A stretch of 60,488 bases of DNA, filler included, from 4 parts of 4 records of this genome joined end to end with filler, not necessarily neighbours in it; one strand, 5' to 3'; positions 9,181 to 20,386 are shown, counted from the whole stretch's first letter. The notes: generated from the sequence alone by a model not told the origin. Translations and numbers: made by a program.

Positions 9181-10310
9181 ATGAGTGATAATGAGAAAAA
9201 TAGCTATTTAGTTAATAACTTATTTACTTCTTTACCATCCAAAGATTTAAGCAATACTATTGAAAATTGCAATAAACAAATAACTAGTTCAATAACAAAA
9301 CTTTCCGAACTCTTTAGTAAACCCAGGGAATTTGTCACGTCAGATTATACAGAATCAAATAATCTTGTAAACTCCATTGTAAAATTAAAAGAAACCGATC
9401 CTGTAAATACATGGATTGATGAACTAACTGAATTCACTTCAACACATATAAAAAAAGAGCATTATGTTAATGGCATTCAATTAAGCGGTAGTAAATGCCC
9501 CGAAATAATTAATAATGCTGTAGAAATAATTGAGAAGTTTAAAAAAGATTATTCTGATATCATAAAAGACATTCAATATCATGATATTATAAGGCAAAAA
9601 CTTGAACATGTTATTGAAATAAATACAGACATATTGAATGAACTTGTTTTGTTTCAACAAAAAAGCAATGAACAAAGCAACAATGAATTTAAACACCTAC
9701 AGGCGTTAAAAGAAATAATTAATATAGAATTAGCGCAATTAATATATTGTTCGGAACTTATTAGTTCTGTAATAGATAGATTACTAGCAGCTTTTAATGA
9801 GCAAAAAACCCTAATTGATCAATCTGAGGGATTAGCTCAAAACCTGAAGAACAGGTTGATAAATATTATTGAAGTTATTCAACACAATAAGGAGTTAGGT
9901 GGAATTTTAGAATCTAATAAAGATAAATTCAAAAAAACAAATCAATTATCATCAAATTTAATAGAAGAAGAACTTAAGAAGCTATTACCTAACAGTAAAG
10001 AATTTACGAATCTCATTAAAACATACGAAGGTCATATTTCTGAAATAAAAGAGACTTTCTCAAAAGATTCTGGTTTTTATCAGGTAACTCAGAAAATAAT
10101 AGAGAACCTGAAAGAATTACAAAAAAACTTGCATCTGATGATGAGATAAAAGACATTGACAGGGAAAGCAACCTGGATTTTCTAAAGCAGAAATATACCA
10201 TGAACAGTGAATATAAAATTCATGAATTGGCTATGGAGAATGAGCTTTTAAAAGAACTATTTTCTGAGATGTCTGAAGCAGAAGACAATAACGATATCGA
10301 ATTTTTCTAA
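9181..10310 (+). CDS. Chemosensory-cluster coiled-coil protein with CheZ-like QxxDxxxQ motif; frameshifted at A7 10121-10127
   Basis: IQYHDIIRQKLEHV. One added A extends the frame to ...KYTMNSEYKIHE...EDNNDIEFF-stop at 10310, filling the gap to the STAS gene. Confidence 0.65.
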
Positions 10311-10320
10311 AATAAATATT

Positions 10321-10638
10321 ATGGATAACATTACTATTCAACAGAATAAACGATCCAAAAAACTAGAAATAAATATTATCGATTATTTTACTGTTGAAAA
10401 TATTGATGAATTAAGAACCAATATTTTAGGCACACTCGACAGTAGTAAGCGTATTATTGTTAACCTCAACAAAATTGAAAACATTGACATTTGCGGAATT
10501 CAATTTTTATATGCAATTCAACAAGAAACAAAGAAACGTGAATTGGAATTTGAAATGAATTTTGATGCCAATGAAGAAGTCTCGGCATTATTGAAGAAAA
10601 CAGGATTTGAAAATTTTATTTTAACAAACAACAAATAA
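10321..10638 (+). CDS. STAS (anti-anti-sigma-like) domain protein
   Basis: 105 aa, IIVNLNKIENIDICGIQFL, LLKKTGF. Sits before cheY as in STAS-containing che clusters. Confidence 0.8.
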   Translation: MDNITIQQNKRSKKLEINIIDYFTVENIDELRTNILGTLDSSKRIIVNLNKIENIDICGIQFLYAIQQETKKRELEFEMNFDANEEVSALLKKTGFENFILTNNK

Positions 10639-10650
10639 CAATATATCACC

Positions 10651-11016
10651 ATGGCAAAAACAATACTTATTGTTGATGATTCTGAAAGTATAAGAGAAGT
10701 AGTAAGCTTCACGCTTAAAAATGAAGGGTATGAAGTACTTATTGGTGTTGATGGAAAAGATGCCTTGAAATTTTTTGATGGAAAGGTAATCGATCTAATT
10801 ATCACCGATCTTCATATGCCTGAACTTGATGGAATCGGATTAATAAAAGAAGTTCGGAAGATGGAAGCATATCAACGTATTCCAATTCTGTTTCTAACCA
10901 CAGAGTCCCAAGCTACCAAAAAGATGGAAGCAAAGGAAGCTGGTGCCACCGGATGGATTATTAAACCATTTGTACCTGCAAAACTCATAGCTGCAATCAA
11001 TAAAGTATTACGGTAA
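10651..11016 (+). CDS. cheY: Chemotaxis response regulator CheY
   Basis: TILIVDDS, ITDLHMP, FLTTES, AGATGWIIKPF; directly before cheA. Confidence 0.9.
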   Translation: MAKTILIVDDSESIREVVSFTLKNEGYEVLIGVDGKDALKFFDGKVIDLIITDLHMPELDGIGLIKEVRKMEAYQRIPILFLTTESQATKKMEAKEAGATGWIIKPFVPAKLIAAINKVLR

Positions 11017-13081
11017 TGGATACATTTAAAGAAAAATTCAAAGAAGAAGCTTACGAGCATATTAATGAACTCGAAAAAAATCTTCTTGAATTAGAAAAAG
11101 CTCCTGAAAATGTTGATTTTGTCGAGAAGATCTTCCGATCGATGCATACCATTAAAGGTGGTGCAGCAATGTTCGGTTTTGATAACATAAATAATTTCAC
11201 GCATAACCTTGAAAATGTATATGATGAAATTAGAAATGGCAAAATTGATGTTACTAAGGATCTTTTAACTCTTACCCTGGAATCCGTAGACCATATAAAA
11301 AACCTGCTAGAAGAAAACGAAGACACTGACACGGCTGAATTAAATGCCAAAGAAAAATTTCTATCCGTAGAAATCTCAAAAATATTAAAAAAAGGTAGCT
11401 CAGAAGAAATTAATGAGGTGCAAGCTAATGAGGATATTGTCAATAGCAAGGATGGCAAAACAGACATCAGCACATATTATATTTTATTCCAGCCTTTTGA
11501 TAATATTCTTGATAATGGAACAAATCCTTTATACTTAATCGATATTTTAGGGGATTTGGGAGAAACGTTGGTTTATCCCCACTTTAATAATATTCCTTCG
11601 CTGGAAGAGTTAAAACCCTCTAGTTCATATATTTATTGGGAGGTTGTATTAGCTACAAGCGAACCTGTTAACGAGATTAATGATGTATTTTTATTTGTTG
11701 AAGACCTAAGCAACATTGATATTCAGTTAATAAGCAAAAGTAATCTTTTATCGAGCAAAACATTTATTAAGAAACTCGCTAAGCTCTATAACGATGAAAC
11801 TGATATAGGTTTTGACAACATAAAACAGCTTGCCGGAAAGGTTAGACCTTCAGTTGCAAGCAAAGTAAAAAAAGCAATTAATGATAAAGCCCCTGGCCAA
11901 AAAGATGGTTCTATTTCAAGCATTAGGGTATCATCTGACAAATTAGATGATTTAATGAACCTTGTTAGCGAATTAGTTACAACACAAGCAAGGTTAAATC
12001 TATTTGCCGAACAGGAAGCTATGCCCGAGCTTATGTCTATTTCTGAGAATGTACAAAAATTATCAAGGCAACTCAGAGATATTGCGTTTAGCATCGTACT
12101 TATCCCAATAGAAAACATGTTAACCCGTTTTCATAGGCTAGTTCGGGATTTATCGAACGAATTAAAAAAAGATGTACGTTTTATTGCTGAAGGCACAGAT
12201 ACAGAATTAGATAAAACAATTATTGAAAATCTTACCGATCCTCTTCTCCATATCCTAAGAAACTGTATCGATCATGGTATTGAACTTCCTGAAACAAGAG
12301 AAAAGGCAGGTAAAGACCGCGCTGGAACAATTAAATTAAAAGCCTATTACTCGGGAGCCAATGTTCATATTGAAATTAGTGACGATGGCGCAGGTATAGA
12401 TGCTGAGATGATACGAAATAAAGCCATCGACAAAGGTATAATTAGTGCAGATGCACAACTATCAAAAAAAGAAATAGTAGATTTAATCTACCTACCCGGA
12501 TTCTCCACAGCACAAACAGTTACAGGTGTTTCTGGACGTGGAGTTGGGATGGATGTGGTAAGAAAAAAATTGCGAATATCCGTGGTGAGATTGAAACAGA
12601 AACGAAAGTTGGTAAAGGAACAACCCTTACGATTAAACTACCATTAACTTTATCTATTATTGATGGTTTACTTGTTAAAATAGATACTGATTTCTTTGTC
12701 CTACCACTTTCAATTGTTGATAAAATTTATGCCATTGAGCATGAAAACATCGATAAAAGCTTTAACAATGTTGTTGTACTCGATGGAGTGCAAATCCCTT
12801 ACTTTTATTTAAGAAAAGAATTTGAGATGCCCGAAATTACTCTAGGTACAGAAGAAGTTGTAGTAATTCAATATGAGAATAAAAAAGTTGGGCTAATTGT
12901 AGATAATGTGGTTGGAGAATATCAAGCAGTTCTTAAACCACTCGGAAAAATGTACAAACACCAGGAATTTATTTCCGGCGCTACTATTTTAGGCGATGGC
13001 ACCGTTGCCCTCGTTATGGACACTAATAAAACAGTAAAGAATCTTTCAATTAAACACAACATTAATCAAGATGCATTATGA
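11016..13081 (+). CDS. cheA: Chemotaxis histidine kinase CheA; frameshifted at A7 12563-12569
   Basis: Hpt FRSMHTIKG, dimerisation SIRVSSDKLD, HATPase RNCIDHGIE/DDGAG/GRGVGMD. Adding one A joins it to the CheW-like P5 domain (ORF 12788-13081). Confidence 0.93.
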
Positions 13082-13614
13082 TTGAAGGAAAGTATAAATC
13101 TAATTCGTTTTTAACATTCAAGCTTAACGATGAAACGTTTGCTGCGAATGTGGAAAAAATTCTAAATATTCTGGAGCTGTCGAAAATTACTAAAGTTCCA
13201 AAAGCGCCGGAATATATGGTAGGAGTAATTAACCTGCGTGGCAATGTTTTACCTCTTGTTGATACTAAAGTAAGATTTGACATTGGGAAAACAGAGTTTA
13301 CTACCAATACGTGCATTTTAGTTATGGATATTCAAATAAATGATAGTTCCGTTCAAATTGGGGCTTTGGTAGATTCTGTTCAAGAAGTTATTGAAATTGA
13401 CCTTAATAAAATTGAACCTTCTCCGAGCATTGGAGATAAATACAAATCTGATTTTATTGAAGGTATGGCCAAGCATAAGGATGAATTTATAATGCTCCTT
13501 GATATGGATAAAATATTTTCATCAGATGAACTAACCATCCTACAAGAAACCACAGAAGAAGCAGAACCCCAGGTTGAATCTGAAGGAGAATCAGACGAAG
13601 AGTTAGAAAAATAA
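13078..13614 (+). CDS. cheW: Chemotaxis coupling protein CheW
   Basis: ITKVPKAP..GVINLRG.VLPLVD, GALVDSV.EV; acidic C-terminal tail. Confidence 0.93.
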   Translation: MIEGKYKSNSFLTFKLNDETFAANVEKILNILELSKITKVPKAPEYMVGVINLRGNVLPLVDTKVRFDIGKTEFTTNTCILVMDIQINDSSVQIGALVDSVQEVIEIDLNKIEPSPSIGDKYKSDFIEGMAKHKDEFIMLLDMDKIFSSDELTILQETTEEAEPQVESEGESDEELEK

Positions 13615-13643
13615 TTCATTCATTGTAAGTAGAATACAGGTGT

Positions 13644-14507
13644 ATGGGCGAGGCGAATTTAAGTGATATTTACCAATCGAAATTAAGTGATAGTGAGTTT
13701 AATAAGTTAAGTGAATTCATTTACAACAACTATGGCATTAAGATGCCACCGGTAAAAAAAATAATGCTTCAAAGCCGCCTGCAAAAGAGGCTGCGAGCAT
13801 TAAATATGAAAACATTCAAAGAATACGTTGAATATGTTTTCAGCAAAAGTGGACAATTTGAAGAAATCGTTCATATGATGGATGTTGTAAGTACCAACAA
13901 AACTGATTTTTTCAGGGAACCAGTCCACTTCGATTTCATGAGCACAGATCTCATTCCAACATTTCTAAAAAACCAAAATTCACCCAGACACATCTTTAAA
14001 ATTTGGAGTGCTGGTTCATCAAGTGGCGAAGAAGCATACACTCTTGCAATTGTAATGGAGGAAGCAAAAGAGAAATATCCAGGAATTGATTATACAATAT
14101 TAGGCACAGACATTTCAACAAAAATGCTGCAAGCTGGCGCTAATGCTATTTACAAAGAAGAAAGAGTAGAGGCTATTCCTTTAAATCTTAAAAAGAAATA
14201 TTTATTAAAAAGCAAAGATAGAACAACCCCTACAGTTAGATTGATTCCAAGATTAAGGCAAAAAGTAAAGTTTGGCAGATTAAACTTTATGGATAGTTCT
14301 TACGCTGATATTAAAGAAACATTCGATATAATATTTTGCCGTAATGTTTTAATCTATTTTGACAGGGAAACACAAGAGAAAGTTATTAATAAACTATGTC
14401 AAAAACTTAAGAGCGGAGGTTATTTTTTCCTCGGCCATTCTGAATCAATCACCAACTACGATGTCCCTCTCACACAGATTAAGCCTACTATCTTTCAGAG
14501 AAAGTAA
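13644..14507 (+). CDS. cheR: Chemotaxis methyltransferase CheR
   Basis: TNKTDFFRE, IWSAGSSSGEEAYT, FCRNVLIYF, LGHSES. Confidence 0.95.
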   Translation: MGEANLSDIYQSKLSDSEFNKLSEFIYNNYGIKMPPVKKIMLQSRLQKRLRALNMKTFKEYVEYVFSKSGQFEEIVHMMDVVSTNKTDFFREPVHFDFMSTDLIPTFLKNQNSPRHIFKIWSAGSSSGEEAYTLAIVMEEAKEKYPGIDYTILGTDISTKMLQAGANAIYKEERVEAIPLNLKKKYLLKSKDRTTPTVRLIPRLRQKVKFGRLNFMDSSYADIKETFDIIFCRNVLIYFDRETQEKVINKLCQKLKSGGYFFLGHSESITNYDVPLTQIKPTIFQRK

Positions 14508-14525
14508 AAATTAAATCCATTCTTT

Positions 14526-15419
14526 ATGGAAAAAATTACAGATAAAGAATTACTTGATGAATTAAAATCAAGATTCGACAAGAACAAAAAGGACTTTAAC
14601 GAATTACAACGACTTAACAAAGAACTTGTTAAGGTAAACAAAAAATTAGAGGAGTCTGAGTCACTAAAAAGTCATTTCATTTCGAATATTGCAAATGAAA
14701 TTGTAAATCCATTTACATCAATTTTAGCACTTTCAAAAACAATTTTATCTGTTAAAAAAGAAGATTGGAAGACAGTTATTTCGATGGTTGCCCTAATTCA
14801 CTCAGAAGCATTTAATCTCGACTTTCAGCTTAAGAATATCTTTATGGCAGCTCAGATAGAGGCAGGTAGTATTACTCCTGATGTTATGGATGTTGACATT
14901 AACAGTCTCATAAAAAACATTATAGACCCCTTTATAATTGAAGCCAACAAAAAGAAAATTAAGACTCATTTTATCACAAAAATTGATTCGGATGAAAAAG
15001 CAAACTATTTTAAAACCGATCCGGAAAAATTTAAACTTATTCTAACAAATGTAGTTAACAACGCGATTCAGTTTAGTGATAAAGAAAAGGAAATTGAAAT
15101 TAAGGTAGATAAATTAGCTTCTAAAATAAAAGTTTCTGTTGTCGACCATGGAATTGGAATGGACGAAGAAGAACAAAAAGTAATTTTTGACCGGTTTAAA
15201 CGCACAAACGACGATATAAACGAATTAAATAAAGGATATGGTCTTGGACTTTCTGTTACTAAGTCGTTAATAGAATTTCTTGAGGGACAAATTGAAATAT
15301 TCAGTAAAAAAAACGTAGGAACTAATGTAACAATTATTCTTCCGGAAATGGAGTCAGATAGCGCTGGTTTTGCATTTGATGGTGATGAATTCTTATTTGA
15401 CGACAATGAAACTTTTTAA
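14526..15419 (+). CDS. Sensorless HisKA/HATPase kinase-like protein with Asn at the phosphoacceptor-His position
   Basis: H-box KSHFISNIANEIVNP versus canonical KSxFLANMSHEIRTP. N (NVVNNAIQF), G1 (DHGIG), F and G2 (GYGLGL) boxes intact. Confidence 0.8.
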   Translation: MEKITDKELLDELKSRFDKNKKDFNELQRLNKELVKVNKKLEESESLKSHFISNIANEIVNPFTSILALSKTILSVKKEDWKTVISMVALIHSEAFNLDFQLKNIFMAAQIEAGSITPDVMDVDINSLIKNIIDPFIIEANKKKIKTHFITKIDSDEKANYFKTDPEKFKLILTNVVNNAIQFSDKEKEIEIKVDKLASKIKVSVVDHGIGMDEEEQKVIFDRFKRTNDDINELNKGYGLGLSVTKSLIEFLEGQIEIFSKKNVGTNVTIILPEMESDSAGFAFDGDEFLFDDNETF

Positions 15420-15425
15420 ATTGCG

Positions 15426-15899
15426 ATGGAAAAAAATGAAAATAGCCATTTTTTATATCCAGCTGCATTATATGTCTCGGTAAATCCATGTAGTATCCAT
15501 ACTATCTTAGGTTCTTGTATTGCCGTCTGTATTTGGGATTCTGTAAAAAAATTCGGAGGCATGAATCATTATATGCTTCCCCTTTGGAATGGTCAGGGAT
15601 TGGCTTCACCAAAATATGGAAATATAGCAATAGAAAAACTGGTTCAAAAAATTGAATCTTCCGGAGGTATCAGAAAAAATTTGGTCGCAAAAATTTTTGG
15701 AGGAGCCTATGTACTCAATTCAAAAAACAAAAGTTTTCGAATTGGGGAAAGAAATATAGAAATTGCAATTTCATCGCTAAAAGAGTATAAAATTCCTATT
15801 GTAGCGCAAAGTTTAAGCGGAGAGTTAGGCAGAAAAATACTCTATTCAACAGAAACCGGTGAGGTTAAGATGAGATTTGTTAAAAAGAACTCTTATTAG
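15426..15899 (+). CDS. cheD: Chemoreceptor glutamine deamidase CheD
   Basis: TILGSCIAVC, GGMNHYMLP, AKIFGGA, IGERN. Confidence 0.93.
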   Translation: MEKNENSHFLYPAALYVSVNPCSIHTILGSCIAVCIWDSVKKFGGMNHYMLPLWNGQGLASPKYGNIAIEKLVQKIESSGGIRKNLVAKIFGGAYVLNSKNKSFRIGERNIEIAISSLKEYKIPIVAQSLSGELGRKILYSTETGEVKMRFVKKNSY

Positions 15900-15941
15900 C
15901 TAATATTTTATTAATTTTATTTACAACCATAATAGAGTAGA

Positions 15942-16333
15942 ATGAAGAACAACAAAATACGTGTCTTAGTAGTTGATGATTCTGCTGTTGTAAGACAAAC
16001 ACTTAGTACAATTTTAAATAGCGATCCGGACATTGAAGTTATGGGGGTTGCTTCTGATCCATATTTTGCAGCAAAAAAAATATTAAGCGAAGTACCTGAT
16101 GTTATTACACTTGATGTTGAGATGCCCAGAATGGATGGTCTTACATTTCTAAAAAAGATTATGTCTCAGCACCCTATTCCGGTCGTTATTATTTCAAGTT
16201 TAACTGAAAAAGGTACAGAAACCGGAATCAAAGCAATGGAGCTGGGGGCTGTTGAAATAATTACGAAACCTCAGATGAATACGAAACAATTCATTGAAGA
16301 ATCAAAAATTAGGTTAATAGATATCGTAAAAGC
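15942..16333 (+). CDS. cheB: Chemotaxis methylesterase CheB, receiver domain only (truncated by spacer)
   Basis: [43 protein letters not shown]. Confidence 0.9.
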
Positions 16334-16433
16334 NNNNNNNNNNNNNNNNNNNNNNNNNNNNNNNNNNNNNNNNNNNNTTAATTAATTAANNNNNNNNNNN
16401 NNNNNNNNNNNNNNNNNNNNNNNNNNNNNNNNN
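16334..16433. other. Artificial contig-joining spacer
   Basis: N44-TTAATTAATTAA-N44 (stops in all six frames). Genes are truncated on both sides. Confidence 0.98.
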
Positions 16434-16781
16434 AATATCAATAACTTTTCTAAATTCTGCTGCCGTCATATCGTGCATTGGTTTTCTAATGATAATACCA
16501 GCATTATTAACAAGAATATCTATTACACCAACTTCTTTTTCAATTTTATCAATTAATTCAGCTACAGCTTCTTCGTCAGTAACATCACAAACATATCCGT
16601 ATGCCTTGATGCCATCTTCTTCATAAGCTGCAATACCTTTATCCACCAGTTCTTGGTTTATATCGTTAAACACAATAGTTGCACCAGCTGCAGCCATGCC
16701 TTTTGCCATTGCCATACCTATGCCGTAAGAAGCACCTGTCACCAAAGCAATCTTACCTGTTAATTCAAAATTCGCTTTCAT
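16434..16781 (-). CDS. kduD: SDR, 2-keto-3-deoxygluconate/gluconate 5-dehydrogenase (KduD/IdnO-like), 3'-truncated
   Basis: ALVTGASYGIG, ILVNNAGI; immediately downstream of kduI. Confidence 0.8.
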
Positions 16782-16820
16782 ATTAATAACCAATCCCTTT
16801 CACTATATATATCTAAAAAG

Positions 16821-17663
16821 TTACTTTAAATCTTTCATCGCAATATGGTCCATATCTGTAAACGCCTGATTCTCTCCTACCATACCCCAAATAAACTTAT
16901 AATTAGTTGTGCCACATCCGCTGTGAATAGACCAAGAGGGTGAAATAACTGCTTCGTCGTTTTTCATCACAATATGGCGTGTTTCTGTCGGTTCACCCAT
17001 GTAATGGAATACAACATTATCTTCATTTATATCAAAATAAAAGTATACTTCCATCCTTCTTTCATGTGTATGACATGGCATCGTGTTCCAAACATTTGCT
17101 TCAGCAAGCTCTGTCAATCCCATCAAAAGCTGACACGTTTGCATCACATCAGGGTGGATATACTGGTTAATCACGCGTCTATTAGACGTCGCATTATCAC
17201 CCATTTCTACTTTCGCCGCTTTTGTTATATCTACATGAACTGTTGGATATGTTGTATGTGCTGGTGCGCTTAAACAATAAAACTTTGATGGTTTTTCTGC
17301 ATCATCACTACTAAAAACCACTTCTTTTGCACCCATACCAACATACAGTCCATCCAAGCTAGCTAGTTTGTAAGTCTCTCCATCTACGGTAATCGAACCG
17401 TTACCGCCTACATTTATAACACCCAGTTCACGTCTTGCTAAAAAGAAATCAGTACCTAAATTTTTCATAATATCCATGTTTTCGCCGATTTCTAAACTGT
17501 TTTGCGCTGGACAAAAGCCCATTGTTATGATTCTATCAATGTGCGAATATACGCGTTTAACTTGATTCGGTATAAACATATCGGTAATTAAAAACTCTTT
17601 TCTTAAACGATGTGTATCATATGATTTTGCATCTAACGCACTTGGTGATTGTCTTATTTCCAT
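16821..17663 (-). CDS. kduI: 5-dehydro-4-deoxy-D-glucuronate isomerase
   Basis: [40 protein letters not shown]. Confidence 0.96.
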   Translation of the reverse strand: MEIRQSPSALDAKSYDTHRLRKEFLITDMFIPNQVKRVYSHIDRIITMGFCPAQNSLEIGENMDIMKNLGTDFFLARRELGVINVGGNGSITVDGETYKLASLDGLYVGMGAKEVVFSSDDAEKPSKFYCLSAPAHTTYPTVHVDITKAAKVEMGDNATSNRRVINQYIHPDVMQTCQLLMGLTELAEANVWNTMPCHTHERRMEVYFYFDINEDNVVFHYMGEPTETRHIVMKNDEAVISPSWSIHSGCGTTNYKFIWGMVGENQAFTDMDHIAMKDLK

Positions 17664-17811
17664 TTCAATATTCCTCCAATTTTAATTTACGATAATAATT
17701 TCTCAGGCAATTTCTATATTTCAGCAGACAAAAACCAAGCATCAATACTAAATATGCCTAACAATTGCTATCAACTAAAAACATTCTTTTATTTTATTAA
17801 AATCTAATCCT

Positions 17812-18143
17812 TTATTCCAAAAAATCATCACGCTTTGGCGAAAAAATATCAATTAAAACGCCTTTTTCTAAACAAACAGCACCATGTGGAATGTTTGGCT
17901 GTTTGTAAAGAGTATCTCCTTCTTTTACAACCTTTGTTTCTTCTCCAATTGTAAACTCAAATTTACCAGATTTAATATATGATATCTGTTCATGCGGATG
18001 AGAATGCATTGGTCCAACCGCACCTTTTTCAAAACTTAACTCAACAGTCATTAAATTATCGCTATATGCCATAATTTTTCTTTTTTTACTCCGCCACCCA
18101 AATCTTCTTGTATAATATCTTTGCTAAAAACAAAATTCTTCAT
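17812..18143 (-). CDS. kdgF: Cupin, KdgF-like; frameshifted at T7 18081-18087
   Basis: ATG 18143 MKNFVF..GGGV plus one A joins RKIMAYSDNLM..HSHPHEQ..PHG..DIFSPKRDDF. Confidence 0.75.
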
Positions 18144-19088
18144 TCATTTCTCCTTAGAAACAGCTTTATGATCTTTTTTTGCATCTGCATTGACAAAAAC
18201 AATGCCCACAGCAAGCAATACTAAACTTAAAATTATGCTAAAAGTTATACTTTCCTCTACAAACAACAAGCTTGAAATAATCGAACCAAAAACAGGCAAC
18301 AAAAACATGTATACCGCAATACCAGACGATGAGTATCGATCTATAAGCTTATACCATAATACAAATACAAAGGCTGACAATAGTGCCGAATATACCAACA
18401 AAGCAAAAGCTAGTGGTGTAAAAGATAAATTATAGCCCTTACCGCCAACAAGCCCAATGCATAGCAAAATGCTTGACCCAATAAGAAACTGATAAGCGTT
18501 TAGCGGCAATGGTTTTATTCTCTTCATGATATTCTTGCCAAAAATAACCGCAATAGAATACATCAAAGATGAGATAATCAACATGCCCTCGCCCCAAAAA
18601 CTAAACGAAAACTTAAGACCCTCGAGATTATCAATATTTGCAACTATAATCCCCAAAAAGCCAAAAATCAAACCTACTATTTTCAACAAATTTATTCTAT
18701 CATCCCGACTAAATAGATGTGCAAGTAAAACAACCATCAAAGGCTTTACACTATCCAAAAGCACCGATTTAATGGCTGATGTATTGATAACACCCGTATA
18801 AAACGATATATATTGAAATGTAGTAATAATAAGCCCAAAAGCAACTATCGAGCCAAAAAGTCCTTTTGGCACAACATATAATTGCCTATCTTTAACACCC
18901 ATATAAACCATCAGAATAATACCTGCTAGGAAGAATCTCGATCCAGCAAGTAATATTCTTTCGAAAAAATCACCGCTCGTTAAGCCAAGTTGTGCATATA
19001 ATATTTTCAAAACAGGTATCGCTGTGCTCCATATCAATACACAGAGTACAGCTCCAAATACCTTCGCTTTTTCAAATTTAATATTCAT
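18144..19088 (-). CDS. EamA/DMT family transporter
   Basis: About ten hydrophobic segments; IWSTAIP..K, RFFLAG, PVFG motifs. Confidence 0.85.
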   Translation of the reverse strand: MNIKFEKAKVFGAVLCVLIWSTAIPVLKILYAQLGLTSGDFFERILLAGSRFFLAGIILMVYMGVKDRQLYVVPKGLFGSIVAFGLIITTFQYISFYTGVINTSAIKSVLLDSVKPLMVVLLAHLFSRDDRINLLKIVGLIFGFLGIIVANIDNLEGLKFSFSFWGEGMLIISSLMYSIAVIFGKNIMKRIKPLPLNAYQFLIGSSILLCIGLVGGKGYNLSFTPLAFALLVYSALLSAFVFVLWYKLIDRYSSSGIAVYMFLLPVFGSIISSLLFVEESITFSIILSLVLLAVGIVFVNADAKKDHKAVSKEK

Positions 19089-19090
19089 AT

Positions 19091-20386
19091 CTAAAACAAT
19101 AGATTAGGCAAGAACATAACAATCTGCGGTACAAAAGTCATAATTAAAAGTACAGCAATCATTGTTAAATAGAATGGAACCAGTGCTTTTGTCACTTTTT
19201 CTATCGAAACCTTTCCAATAGCACAGCCCACAAACAATGCTCCTCCAACAGGTGGTGTACACAAGCCAATACCAAGGTTTAAAATCAATACAACACCAAA
19301 CTGAACTGGGTCCATACCTAGTTGAGTAACTACCGGAAGTAATATTGGTGTCAAAATCAAAATCAACGGCGCCATATCCATAATACATCCTAAAACCAAA
19401 ATCAATAGATTGATTAACAATAATAATACTATTGGGCTTTGTGATATTGTCATAAGCGCGTTTGTTGCTAATCTTGGCACTTGTAGCAATGCAAGCATAT
19501 GACCAAACGCTTTAGCTGTTGCTATTAAGCTAAGAACCATTGCTAATGTTTTTAAAGATTTAAATAAAATCTTACCCATTGCTTTGATCTTTATCTCTTT
19601 ATAAACAAAAAATGTAATAATAAACGCATACAAACATGCAACTGCTGCTGATTCTGTTGCTGTAAAAATACCTGATAAAACACCAACAATGATAATAACA
19701 GCAGTAAACACACCAAAAAATGCGTCTATAGAAATTTTAATACCCTCTTTAAAGCTAACCTTTTCACCTTTTGGATAGTTTCTTTTTACAGCTAATATAT
19801 AGCTTATAACCATAAGTGCTAAACCCAGCGTAATACCAGGAATAATACCACCCATAAATAGTTTTCCAACCGATACACCACCAGCAACCAACGAATATAT
19901 AATCATATTGTGGCTTGGCGGAATAATAACACCTTGACAAGAACTTGTAACCGTAACGGCAACAGAATAATCGTCATCATAGCCTGATTTTTTCATCATT
20001 GGAATCAACATCGCACCAATTGATGAAGTATCTGCAACAGCAGAACCTGATATTCCTCCAAAAAACATACTTGCCAAAACATTAACCAAACCAAGACCAC
20101 CGCGGACACGTCCAATCAATACATTAGCAAACTGAATAATTCGCTTGGATATACCTCCAGCACTCATTATTTCTCCAGCTAAAATAAAGAAAGGTATCGC
20201 CAACAATGAAGAAGACTCGATCCCTTTTACCATCTTAGAAACAACCGTTATTAACGGCATTTTTACATATAAAGCGGTTAAAATAGAGGAAAGTCCGAGA
20301 CAAAATGTTACAGGCACTTTAAGTATTAAAAACAATATAAAGCTACCAATCAAAATTGCAATCGCAGTATTTATGTCAAAAGCCAT
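19091..20386 (-). CDS. dctM: TRAP transporter large permease
   Basis: LLAIPFFILAG, FFGGISGSAVAD, IIPPS, GLCTPPVG. Confidence 0.95.
   Translation of the reverse strand: MAFDINTAIAILIGSFILFLILKVPVTFCLGLSSILTALYVKMPLITVVSKMVKGIESSSLLAIPFFILAGEIMSAGGISKRIIQFANVLIGRVRGGLGLVNVLASMFFGGISGSAVADTSSIGAMLIPMMKKSGYDDDYSVAVTVTSSCQGVIIPPSHNMIIYSLVAGGVSVGKLFMGGIIPGITLGLALMVISYILAVKRNYPKGEKVSFKEGIKISIDAFFGVFTAVIIIVGVLSGIFTATESAAVACLYAFIITFFVYKEIKIKAMGKILFKSLKTLAMVLSLIATAKAFGHMLALLQVPRLATNALMTISQSPIVLLLLINLLILVLGCIMDMAPLILILTPILLPVVTQLGMDPVQFGVVLILNLGIGLCTPPVGGALFVGCAIGKVSIEKVTKALVPFYLTMIAVLLIMTFVPQIVMFLPNLLF

Noticed and set aside
12563-13081. Programmed frameshift or split CheA with a separate small CheW (ORF 12788-13081)
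   Set aside because: A single added A gives a canonical full-length CheA, and the same error pattern recurs in unrelated fragments.
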